NCBI RefSeq assembly: GCF_032191835.1
Contig: NC_083226.1
Span: 102,672,001-102,736,000, forward strand
DNA from: Heteronotia binoei
Lineage: Eukaryota
Direction of reading: 5' to 3'
Length of the DNA: 64,000 nt
Part shown: piece by piece, positions 1-12,100 of the stretch
How the letters are laid out: each line of letters opens with the position of its first letter
How positions within the stretch are numbered: position 1 is the first letter of the stretch
Position numbers and translations under genes: made by a program
Notes under the pieces: model-generated
The model's input: only the letters and a program-made list of their open reading frames with translations
Databases searched by the model: none
Told to the model about the DNA's origin: nothing

Positions 1-99
1 AAACATAAAGAAAAAGCACAAGGATCACAGCACAAACTAAAAATATAAAATACTCTGAGCTTGGGAAAACAATGAAATGGCATTGCAAGCTTCTCCCCT

Positions 100-655
100 T
101 GCCCCAGGGCTACTCAGATTGGCAATGGTTCTCCACTGTAATATCCACCTTTGGCTGTGGGTTCCAAGGTTACAGTACTCACTAGGTCAGGTCCATTCAG
201 CAGAGACAAGCTGGCTCAAAGCATCAACCCTTTATTTGCAAGGAAGCATGAGAGTGCTTAGATCTGGTTCTCAAAATCTGCTAGTAATCCCCAGGCCAAA
301 GGAGGCCCATCTGAAGTCAACCAGGGATAGGGTCTTTTCGATTATAGCCCCCTGCTGGTGGAACCAGCTACCGGAAGATGTGAGGGCCTTGTGGAATCTT
401 GGGCAGTTCCGCAAGGCCTGTAAGACAGTCCTCTTCCGGATGGCATATAACTGACTGGTGCCTAAAAACTGCGAAGGAAGGTTGTAGAATAGCACCACAC
501 TGTTAGATCATATTTTGTTTTATTGTTTTAGCTGTTGTAAATTATTTAATGTATTTTAATATTTATTAATCTTATTGTTAGAATTTCATGTTGTAAGCTG
601 CCCTGAGCCCGCCTTGGTGGGGAGGGTGAGATATAAATCAAATAAATAAATAAAT
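100..655 (+). mobile_element. L2-clade LINE 3' fragment
   Basis: ORF2 C-terminal peptide RDRVFSIIAPCWWNQLP...FRKACKT, then an AT-rich 3'UTR and (AAAT)n tail at 641-655. Confidence 0.7.
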
Positions 656-1296
656 GAGCTTCAGTTGGCTATAGGAATGCTGAAAGTGAAACTGATCTCT
701 ATTCCATTGAAACACATTGCAGCACAAAGTTGCAAGGAAAATGTGGAATAGATTTTCCACTAAGGTCTCTGGGCCCTATCTATCTGGGCACAGAAACCTT
801 AATGGAAAATCCATTCCATGTTTTCTTTGCAACTTTGCTTCCTGCTACAGCCAGCAAAGACAAGGCAGAAAGAGTAGGGAACTTCATCAGCCTCAGAGCT
901 TCAAAGGGTGAAGCTGGGAGAGGGGAGAAAAGGGTCCCATGGTCCTGATTAAAACCCTAGATGGGCCAATTCTGGCCTGTGAGCTGGACATTTGACACCC
1001 CTGGTTTATAGCTCTATGATAGCCTTTTTTTAAAAAAAAAAAAAAGAAAGAATTCTAAATGCAGCACTCCACTAATTAAACAAAAGCACTGCATTGTTTA
1101 GTTCTGTCAGTGCAGACTGAAAGAGTTGGGGAGTATAGAATTGCTTATTTCCTTTAGTAGTCAAATGTATAATGCTGAATTACAATTTAATTGTTTAAAG
1201 ACTGTGGAGAAACACCATTTTAAGTCTGTGCTTGTCTGGGAGTTGGCTAGAGGAGTCTATAAAAATCTAGGCAAGGCTTTGGCCTAGTCTATTCCT

Positions 1297-2205
1297 TAGG
1301 GTTGCCAAGTCCAATTCAAGAAATATCTGGGGACTTTGGGGGTGAAGCCAGGAGACTTTGGGGGTGGAGCCAGGAGACATTAGGGGTGGAGCCAAGATCA
1401 AGGCTGTGACAAGCATAACTGAACTCCAAAAGGAGTTCTGGCCATCACATTTAAAGGGATGGCACTCCTTTTCAATTCCTTCCTTCCATAGGAAATAATG
1501 AAGGATAGGGGCACCTTCTTTTGGGGCTCATAGAATTGGACCCCTTGGTCCAATCTTTTTGAAACTTGGGGGGTATTTTGGGGAGAGGCACTAGATGCTA
1601 TACATAAGAACATAAGAGAAGCCATGTTGGATCAGGCCAACGGCCCATCAAGTCCAACACTCTGTGTCACACAGTGGCAAAAAATTTTATATACACACAT
1701 ACACTGTGGCTAATAGCCACTGATGGACCTGTGCTCCATATTTTTATCTAAACCCTTCTTGAAGGTGGCTATACTTGTGGCCGCCACCACCTCCTGTGGC
1801 AGTGAATTCCACATGTTAATCACCCTTTGGGTGAAGAAGTACTTCCTTTTATCCGTTTTAACCTGTCTGCTCAGCAATTTCATCGAATGCCCACGAGTTC
1901 TTGTATTGTGAGAAAGGGAGAAAAGTACTTCTTTCTCTACTTTCTCCATCCCATGCATTATCTTGTAAACCTCTATCATGTCACCCAAATACTGAAAATT
2001 TGGTGCCTCTACCCCAAACAACAGCCCCCCCAGAGCCCCAGATACCCGCAGATCAATTCTCCATGATTTTCTATGGGAATAAATCTCCCTAGGGAATAAT
2101 AGAGTTCCCAGCAGACATTTCCCTCCCCTCCCTCCGCTTTCTGATGACCCTGAAGGGCCTCCAAACCGGGGGATCCCCTGCCCCCACCTGGGGATTGGCA
2201 CCCTA
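1297..2205. mobile_element. hAT-type non-autonomous element (TIR TAGGGTTGCCA)
   Basis: TIRs at both ends, perfect 8-bp TSD CTATTCCT. Confidence 0.85.
1601..1986 (-). mobile_element. CR1 LINE 3' fragment nested in hAT element
   Basis: GDMIEVYKIMHG...TRGHSMKL...FFTQRVINMWNSLPQEVV peptide, short repeat tail, ATAC duplication at junctions. Confidence 0.85.
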
Positions 2206-3025
2206 CTATTCCTCCTTCCCCCTCCCCTCCTGTCTGGAAGCAGCACTTCAGAGGAGGCCTCCTAGAGAGACAGGAAGTCTTTCAGCTGATCTTCCAAAAG
2301 GCTGCAGGGGGGAAAACCAGTTTCTGGGTGGGAACTGGGGTTTATATTAGAGGTTTTTGGAGGGAAACGGGCAGTTAAAAGTTGTCAGGGGAAGCTGAGA
2401 GTCAGTTTGAGTTTGATTTGAGTCTTGGTGACTGGTGAGTCGGTTCTGGATGGTATGGTCAGGGCCAGTTATATATTAGGGAAAGAAGGAGTGTTTATCC
2501 CTACTTTCATTTATTACTTCTGTTCACCCTGTATTTAAAAATGCTTGTATATAGTTATAAATTTTAAATAAATATTTTGTCTGTTTAAAAAGGTAGTCCC
2601 TCTGTACCACACAGGTTCCCCAACCAACTTAGACCACACTACTGTGAGAGGGGAGTCCAGGAAAGGAGGAAGGCATACAGTTGGCAAGGGTGCCAGTCCT
2701 CCAGGGGTCTCCCAAAGAAGGACTTTGGTCTCTGTCATAACTAGGTGCTGGGTTGGCAAAGGACCTTGAGGCCAGGCTTCAGAATTGCCAAGGGGGATTG
2801 GGAGTTCCTGTTCCTCTCTGTCAGGAACCCCTAAATCGAACAGGTGGTGGCAGTGTGCCCTAGTGGTGGGAAGAGGATAAGCTCCCTCCAGGGGTTGGCA
2901 ACTCAAAAGGGAGTTGACGGGACCAGGTCTAAAGGCAGAATCGGGCCGGTTCCGTCACAAAGACCTTAAGCATTCACAATATTATTATTTTTTCTTTATT
3001 AAAAAGTGATCGATGAAGCACTGAC

Positions 3026-3135
3026 CTCAGGATCCAGTTTGAAATTGAGCCATTCATCCAGCTTCAGTGAAGCCAAGTTAGCTGTTGTTCTGTCTTCCAT
3101 CTCGCTATCACTGCTGTCATTGAGGACACCATCCA
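3026..3135 (-). CDS. YTHDC2: YTHDC2 exon 24 (110 nt)
   Basis: DGVLNDSSDSEMEDRTTANLASLKLDEWLNFKLDPE; TAG| and |GTCAGT. Confidence 0.95.
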
Positions 3136-6100
3136 CTATATTAGGGGGAACACCCAGCAGATTCTACATATTAGTATTTTTAAACACCACACTCATAATG
3201 CCTTTCATTTTAAATCGTTATTTCAATAAAAAATCTGATCTCCAATTAAATCACAATTTCAATTTCTACTTCCAGATTGGAGCATGTCTGCTTTTTTCTT
3301 ATGGATTCTACAAATAACCCAAGTCTTTAAGACTTTGATACAGCCATGTTATTTACTTAACTAGTCAGCTAGATACCTGTAGAATTATAAAGTAACACTA
3401 ACCACATCTATACATTTTTGCAGCAAAGTTTCCTAAATGTTCAGAGTATTAGTAGATGCAAGGTATTATAAAATAAAAAAGAAACCTGCGTCAACAAAGA
3501 AGTTTTGTAATTACAGACTACTGGAGTTTTTGTAATGCCCAATTAATACACAGATGCTATGCAATACAATCCAAGTATAATTTCAGATTAAGATGCAACA
3601 TACCAGCAGTGTCATAGGGATGTTTTTAGCTGACAGACAATCCTTGATTCACTTGCTGAATCCTAGGAAGAACACCTGAAGATTTTCATTCTTCCTCAGC
3701 TTTTCTCCAATTGCATCAATTATGACACTGCTGGTTTGCTAGATCTTTCTAGAGACCTAAAAAGACAGGACTGTGATGAAATAGTATCAAACAAGTCTAG
3801 ACACAGTTCCAATTAGATGTCATTTTGACATCTCAATACAGCCCTCAGACTCTACAATGATCTTTTAAGTCAGTGAGAGGGTTCAGCTAACTCAAGTTCA
3901 TGTGAGAGTTTAGTTCATGATTCATACAAGGTATAAGAAATGGTGCTGAAATATACATTCTAGTAATTATGTTTTATAGTAGTAAATTTTTTTTTACAAG
4001 GAAAGCACTGCTAAAGCTACATGTTTGTGGCATGACATCTGGCTGGAATGCTGCAGGCAATCATGGTTTCCAAGCACCTGTACAACAACTACATACATTT
4101 TTTTCTCAGAAAAGAAGTTTACCGTTTTTACTTTTCCGTATACTAACGCTTTTCATATAAGAAAAAGGTTACGCATGAAGCAGTTTTCAAATATCAAGGT
4201 GCTGAAGAGAACAGGACTTCTTACTAAATTTAATAAGAAGCAGAAGAGCAAGAGCCACACATTTTTTACTTTACATCAACATAATTGTTCCATTTAAACA
4301 AAAATCACATAATTTCAGATTAAGATGCAACATACCATTCTTTAAGAACCAATCTGTAATTCATGAAATTGATCTAAATAAAATATAACAACCTCTAATA
4401 TGTGTTGATACTACCTGACTACCTTGACACAGCCAAGCACATAAAAAACACAGCACCAACATAAAAAGAATCTGAACATTTCTTACTCCCACTACAACTC
4501 TAAAGGATGACAGGAAAAAGAGTGTGAGTTCTGCTGTGTGTGAAAGGCAGGACAACTGGAAAGGGATCAAGCAGCTTAATTATAACATCAAGGCCTGTCT
4601 ACTTAAGCAAGTTGTAAGGGTAACCACACATAAATGGCATCTTGCTTCACCAATGGAGAACAGAACATTTCTTATTTCCACATCATACCTCTGAAGGATG
4701 AAGGCTCCTGTAAAGCATTACTTGGCAGCCTAGCTGATCCACAGAAAAGAGCCACAGTGACTGGAGTCACAGCTGAACAGCACCTTATGTTGGCTATTCT
4801 ATGGGCTCTAGTCATTTCATCATATATAAGCCAGTCCGTGGGGAGTGCCTGAATAGCTGCCACTTGACCATTTGCTGGAGGAATCTGTTGGCAGTAACAA
4901 AGGAAGTTTTAAAACAAATTGGGGGTTTTTTAGGTCAATAAAGAGAGACTTCAGAAAATTATATCTAAAACCATATTCCAATTATCTGTAAGGGGTGGGC
5001 TGGAAGCACTTGATTCCAAACAGCATTGTTGAAGTTAAAATACAGACCAGACCAATGCCTGGAAGGTGAACCAGTGGAACTCCATCTAAGTGTCTCATAC
5101 ATCAACAAATTTCTTGACTAATTTAGTCATGAGGCCTTGACGGTTTTGTTGTTAAAACTTCAATCTCAATCTCACTTTCAAAAGAATCTCCGATTTGCAT
5201 CTCAAGACTCTCTTTAAGCAATCTCCATGCTTTGTGATGTTAATTAAGACATCATTAAATTCTTTGTATGTTTTAGAAAGCTGATAAAAAGTAAAGGTAG
5301 TCCCCTGTGCAAGCACCAGTCGTTTCCAACTCTGGGTGACGTTGCTTTCACAACGTTTTCATGGCAGACTTTTAGCTGCCTGCAAAAGTTTAGCAGATGA
5401 ATTTAGCACTGTTGCTGACTGCACCATGCAAGTATTTTTGCCCCCCATTACTGACTACTTACTTTAAGAATGACATTTGGCTTCTGAATCAGGGATTGCA
5501 TTAAATCATGCTTGAATCAGCAAAGCATTTAAAGTCATCAAGACAGGGCACTGAGAAACAGAGAAGCCTTTATACCTACTCCACAAGTCTGTATAACTTT
5601 TAACTCTAACATTATTTTACCTTTTTATATTGAGGCTGGCTCAGAACAGAGGTAGGATGAAATCGGACTCTTTTTTCTTTTGGTCCCGTCAAGACAACGT
5701 TCTCTCTGTCAACATGAACTACATTTGGATACATTCCAGCCACTAGGGCACCTTTCACCACAGCCCAGTTCTCTGAATTTGTGTTAACATCTCTTATATC
5801 ACCACCCCCTCTGGCTCTAACGAAACCTGGAAGATAAACAAAGAACAGGATATAAATTAGGAAAAACAATTATCCATTTCTGGCATACATATCAGGAAGG
5901 GGGTAGCTTTTTTTAAAAAAATAGGTTATACTAATTTGGATGGGCCCTGACCTGGATGGCCTAGGCTACAACCAATCTTGTCATTTCGTAGAAGGTAAAT
6001 AAGGTCTGCCCTGGTTAGTACTTGGATAAGAGACCACCAAGGAGGTCCAGGGTTACTGCATAGGCAGGCCATGACAAACCGTCTCTGTTCATCTCTTACC

Positions 6101-9100
6101 TTCGAAAACCTACAGTCACCATAAATTAGCTGTAGCTTGAGGGCACTTTCCTCCATCACCAGTTTGGATGAGGGGAGTTATGTAGGATTGTAATAATAGT
6201 ACAAAAAAAACTGATAAGAAATTACAAACACATGGACACTGCTAGATTTAGCAGTGTTTGTTTGCAAAATTTCAGTGCCAGGCTTTCCTGAACCTGAGAA
6301 TAGAGGATATTTACCCAATGAAATCCCATATTCAATTTCCTTTAAGTCATTTTCCCCTGATATCATATGGCTATGACTGACTGTCATGGGCAAAAACAGA
6401 TGCTTGAAGTAAATCAGACTTCTTTTGAAATATTGAGTTAAAACAAGATAGGGAGCTTTAATCCTTTTATTATTTTATGTAATTATTCTCAAGTGTTCCA
6501 CACATTTGAGAATTTATTTCTGCTATATGGTTTAGTTCACTTAGAAATGTAGCATTATTACCCTTCAATATCACGGCAAGATATTGGAGGCTCACATAAC
6601 ACATTGCATTCAAGTTCAAAGGCTTATCACGCTATTTTTACATGCTAGTTAAATTGATCAGGAAAAGAAAGGGATAAGATTTTAAAAGATAACTACTTCC
6701 TCACTCAAAACCCCCTTTGAGGGACAAAGGGATGATGACAGTTGCATTGGACCCTCCTGCCTATGTCATACGGTCCAAAGGACTGCAGTGAAGAGAAGGG
6801 CACAACCTCCCCAACTCTTGTTTTCTGCCACTAAAGTGTCACATGCCAATGGAAGAGTTACCATTCTTAGGTACAGCCCCATAGCGCTCTGCCCATGGTT
6901 TGTAGAATCCATTCTGACAGGTCTTGGCACTTTCTGACAGTATCTTGGTAGAATTTTTACTACATCAACTAGTAAGTAAAAATATCAGCTCTACTATAAA
7001 CCAGAGCTGCCAAGCTCCCCAGTGGGGGTTCTCCCACTTTGGGAGTCCCCAACTCGCCAGCCTGCAATGGGCTGGCAAGGGGATTGCCTCCCGATGTCGC
7101 TGGCACAACTCATAAGTGACGTCATCACAAGCAACGTCGCACGCTGGCCGCTCTAGGAACTTCCTGGACACTCTAGGAATTTGGAAAGAAAACTCTTGGT
7201 ATGAGTTTTCCTCCCAAATTGCTAGAGCACCCAGGAAAATCACAGAGTTTTCCCAGAAGCTCCTAGAGCGGCTGTTGCATGATGTCGCCAATGCAATGAC
7301 GTCACTGCTATGCACACGTGAAAAAAGTCCCCAGCCAAAGGCCACATGGGACTTGGCAACCCTACTATAAAACCCACACATTGTTCAAGTGTCTGCCACA
7401 GAACCATCTTTACTTTCATGTCAGGACAACCAAGCAGTAAGAAACTACAGTGTGATACAGCCAGTGTAAACGTAGGTATTCATAGCTGGGACAAGGTCAC
7501 AATCCCCCATACCTATATATATATATATATATATCCAAAAGGGGGGGGGGGTTGCATATTCTTCAGGTTCATAATAGTTACCTGAAGCTCTAAGCTGTCC
7601 AAGCAACTGTGTTCTCATTCCTATGATAATCTCCATTGTTGCCTGAGAAAGGAAGTTCTTCTCACAAAAAGCTCTTTCCCAGCCATCACTTCGGGCTTTC
7701 TGCCATGCCTGCAGAATAAGTTAGTTTAAAAGTTGAATGTAGTTCTATAGGCAGGTAGTATGCCTCCAATGACCCTTTTAAAATAACCGAATATTACATT
7801 AAACATGTTCTGAAAGCTAATCTAGGCAAAGCTTTCTATATGAATTCAACAGAGGCTCTCAAATATACCGCCTAGGGTCAAATTCAATCCAGCTGGGGCT
7901 AGTGAGGTCCCAAACACAAATTCAAACAGGAATGAACTCCTCCTGCCCCTCACGATGTAGGACATCTCTCTGCCTCTGAGTTGATTACCAAGGGTTACAA
8001 AAGTCTGTTTTTTAGAGCTTCTCCCCATTGCTCATCCCTACTTTTGCTGAGAGTCAGGTATACCTCACAAGAAGAAAGAAAAGCCATTAGAATACCATAG
8101 TTTCTTGGAACACAAACACACTCACTGATAAATCGGAGGGTCCATTGAGCAGTAAATATGTGACTGTAGAAAAACAGGTTTCTTACCTGTAACTGATGAT
8201 CTTCAAGTGGTCATCTGTGCAGTCGCACTGATGGGAGAAGGCGCCAACACCGATCACGATCGGTGACTCAAAAGCTGCGGATTTCCGCAGACACATCCCA
8301 GTGCGCATGCCCAGAAGCCCCACTGCGCATACCCACTGAGACGGGAGTGGACATCCCGCCAGTTCCTTCTGACCACTGCATGATCCTGAGAATGGACCGG
8401 CAGTAGTGGGGAAGGAGGGCGGGTAGTGTGACTGCACAGATGACCACTTGAAGATCATCAGTTACAGGTAAGAAACCTGTTTATCTTCTTCGTGGTCTCT
8501 ATGCATCACACTGATGGGAGAATAGCAAGCTAAAAGCCTACCTGAAGGAGGGTGCAGTGGTCCATCAGCAGGGAAGAGACTGAAGAACAGCACGGCCCAC
8601 CGATGAACACTGATGCAAACGAAGGTGCAGCGCATAGTGTTTAACGAAGGTATGCGGCAAGGACCAAGTAGCAGGCTTGCAAATGTCCCGCAGAGGAATG
8701 CCTTTCACGAAAGCTGCGGAAGTGGCCATAGCTCTAGTAGATCGGCCCTGGAAGAGGTCTCTTATTCAGTAGATAACAAAGTTTTATGGTCTCAGTTATC
8801 CATTTAGAAAGTCTTTGAGATGAAATCCTCTGGCCCAGTGAAGCTGAGGCATAAGAGACAAAAAGTCTAGGGTCCTTCCGAAAGGGAGCTACTCGATGTA
8901 AGTAAAAGGAAAGTGCTCGTTTATCGTCCAAAGCATGGAGCCTCTGCTCAGACTCTAGCTGGGTTAGGAAAATAAACAGGCAAATAAATTTCTGTATTTA
9001 AGTGGAAAGAAGAAATCACCTTGGGAAGGAAGGTGATATCCGGACGCAACAAAACTCCCTCGTTAGTGAAACGTAAATATGGGGTGTCGCATCTCAGAGC

Positions 9101-12100
9101 TGCGAGTTCCCCCACTCTTCTCGCGGAGGTAATCGCCACCAAGAAAGCTGTTTTCCATGCCAGCAGTTGGAGGGAACAGGTCGCCATTGGCTCGAAAGGT
9201 TTCCCTGCAAGGGCATGCAGAACTCCCAGGAGATCCCAGGCAGGAGTAGGGTCCTTAATAGAAGGATATATTCAAACAAGCCCACAGAGAAACCTCTGTG
9301 TGTTGGGATGCTTGAAGACTGAATGCCCTTCAATCTGTGCATTGTTGGCCGAAATGGCAGCCAAATACACTTGTATTGAAGATACCGATAGCCCCTTGTC
9401 AAGTAGAGTAAGCAGAAAGTCAAGAATTGTAGGAAGGCCTGCTACACTCGGGTCAACAGAAGAAGCTGAAGCGAATTGTACGAACTGCGACCATTTATAG
9501 GCGTAGGATTTACGAGTGGGTGGCTTCCTGCTATTTAGGATGACATATTGAGCTCTCAAAGATGACAGGTTTACACCAACCTCCATGCCGTTAACTTCAG
9601 ATGAGGAACATCGTGGTGCACTACTAGTCCCTGATGAGATAGGAGAAGGTTTGGAACCATGGGGAACTGATGGAAGAGTCCCTTGGAGAGCCGAAGAATT
9701 GGAGAGAACCATTGTTGTCTGGGCCACCAAGGGGTGATGAGAATTCCTCTTGGGTGTTCCCTGTATATCTTTTGTACTACTCTGGTGATTAATGGAATGG
9801 GAGGAAACAGGTACACATGCTGCTGGTGCCAAGGGAACAGAAGGCTATCCCCCAAAGATAGAGGGTCTTCTCCTTCCCTGCAACAGAAAAGTTTGCACTT
9901 CCTGTTGTTGCGAGTGGCGACTACATCCACCTCTGGCGTCTCCCATTTCTGGAAGATGGGCTGGAGAAATTCCCAATTGAGCTCCCATTCGTGGAGTGAG
10001 GATGCCCCGCGACTTAGAAAGTCCACACAAGAGTTCTGGTCGCCGGGAAGATGTCTCGCCATCAGAGACGTGCCCATCGCACTGCAGATCTCCCAAATAC
10101 GCAGAGCTAGCAGTCACAGCTTTCGCGATACTGTGCCCCCTTGTCTGTTTATGTAGGACATTGCGGTGGTGTTGTCCGCCAGGATTGCCACTGTCTTGTT
10201 CGCGAGTAACGGCTGAAAGGAGAGAATGGCATGATGAATCGCCAATAACTCCAGAAAGTTTATGTGATGCTGCATATGACCCTTGGGACACCTGTCTCCC
10301 ACAGAGACTGTTCATATGTGCCCCCCAGCCCCACAGGGACGCATCCGAAGTTACAGTTATCGTCGGATTTGGTTTGTGGAAGGGAGCTCCTGCTAGCAGG
10401 TTATGTCTCTGTTGCCACCAAACGAGGATGGATAAAACTGACTGCGGAATAGACATCTTGCATGAGGGAAGGTCTACATTGCATCTGAAATGTCTGAGGA
10501 ACCACAATTGTAAAATCCTCATGTGGAATCTGGCAAATACTATAACTGACGTGGTTGAGGCCATCAGGCCCAGGAGGCGCTGAACTTGAAGAGCCGTGAC
10601 CATGGGATGGTGAAGAAAGACTTGTACAAGAGCTACAATGTCGTCTGCTCGCTTTGCTGGTAAGAAGGCCTTGCAGGACAGGGTATCTATGAGTGCTCCT
10701 ATGAACTGCACCTTCTGGAAGGTTTGAAGATAAGATTTCTTCTTGTCGACCTGCAGCCCCAACTCCTGCAAGAGGGCAAGAGTGGTGTTGATGTGTTGTA
10801 CTAGGCGAGATTCTGACTCCGCTACCAGAAGCCAATCGTCTATGTATGGGAACAGGGTAATACCCTGTAATTTCAGATGGGCTGCAATGACAACCATGGT
10901 TTTTGTAAAAACCCTGGGGGCCGTGGAAAGACCGAAAGGCAAGGCACAATACTGGTAATGGGCAGTTCCGATGGTGAATCTGAGAAACTTCCTGTGGGAT
11001 GGCTGTATGCTGATGTGGAAGTATGCGTTCTGTAAATCCAGAGTGGCTATCCAATCTCCCTGATTGAGAAGGGAAAGGATGTTGGGTAAGGAGGTCATTC
11101 TGAATTTGTGGTGGGGGATGAACAGATTTAGAGCTCAAAGGTCCATGATTGGTCGAAGGCCTCCGTCTCGCTATGGGATTGTGAAATATCGAGAATAAAA
11201 ACCTAGACCTTCTTGGTTTGCTGGAACTGGTTCTATGGCATATTTTTGAAGGAGCAATTGGACCTCTTCTCGTAGTGTTTGAGAAGGGTTGGTGGAGACG
11301 AATGTCGGAACTGGTGGATCTTGATGGAATTCTATCATGTAACCCCGCTGGATTATAGATAGGACCCACTGATCTGTAGTTATTCTGGACCATGCTTGAA
11401 AGAAAGGAAAAAGATGGGTATGGTCCAAAGCAGAAGGGAGGGAAGGAGAACAGGAGAGGAGGCAGTCAAAGTCCCTGCTTAGGTTGTCTGTTCCCCTTCT
11501 GGCGAGAAGATTGAAAAGAGGTAGGAGAGTACTTGGGTTTAGGATTGTAAGGAGGCTTAGAAAAAGATGTTGTGCTTTTAGGCCTCCACTGTTGCTCCAT
11601 TGGTAGTTTCGAGAACGGCTTCTTGCTCCACGGATTAGGCCAAGGGCGTTTGTTCTGCGGGTGGGATGAGGTGGGAACTCCGAGATCTGGAAGTTTGGAT
11701 GCTTTTATCCATCTCTTGCAACACAGAATCCGTATTGGCACTGAATAACCCATTCCCATTAAAGGGTAAATCCTCTATGTAAGCCTGTGTATCCGGCTGC
11801 AAAGCAGTGGATCTAAGCCAAGAGGGCCTTCTTAAGGTGATAGCCATGGTAAGTGTCTTCGCCCCAATATCACCTGAGTGCTTGGCTGAGTTTAATTGTT
11901 GTTTGGCCAAAGCCATACCTTCTTTTTGGATCTTCTTGATCGCGTTCCTGCTCTGTTCTGGAAGGTTGGGTATAATGGTGGAAAGCTGCTCCCATAGAGC
12001 ATATTGATAGCGCCCCATACAGGCTGAGTAGTTTGCGACTTTCAACCCTAGCGAGCCCGCCGAGTAAAGACGTCATCTGAGGTTGTCTAACTTCTTCCCC

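Larger units (their letters stand above)
1203..2959. mobile_element. Solo LTR (~840 bp native) interrupted by hAT MITE
   Basis: TGTG...CACA termini, 5-bp TSD AAGAC at 1198-1202 and 2960-2964, internal AATAAA. Confidence 0.6.

Noticed and set aside
1-3025. YTHDC2 exons 25 onward (AASLLLQLRQKW..., YTH domain)
   Set aside because: No matching peptide found; this stretch is L2, LTR, hAT and CR1 sequence, so the gene continues beyond coordinate 1.
5945-6160. Functional 5S rRNA or tRNA genes (also 54660-54765 and SINE heads)
   Set aside because: They are degenerate, partial and fused to SINE bodies.
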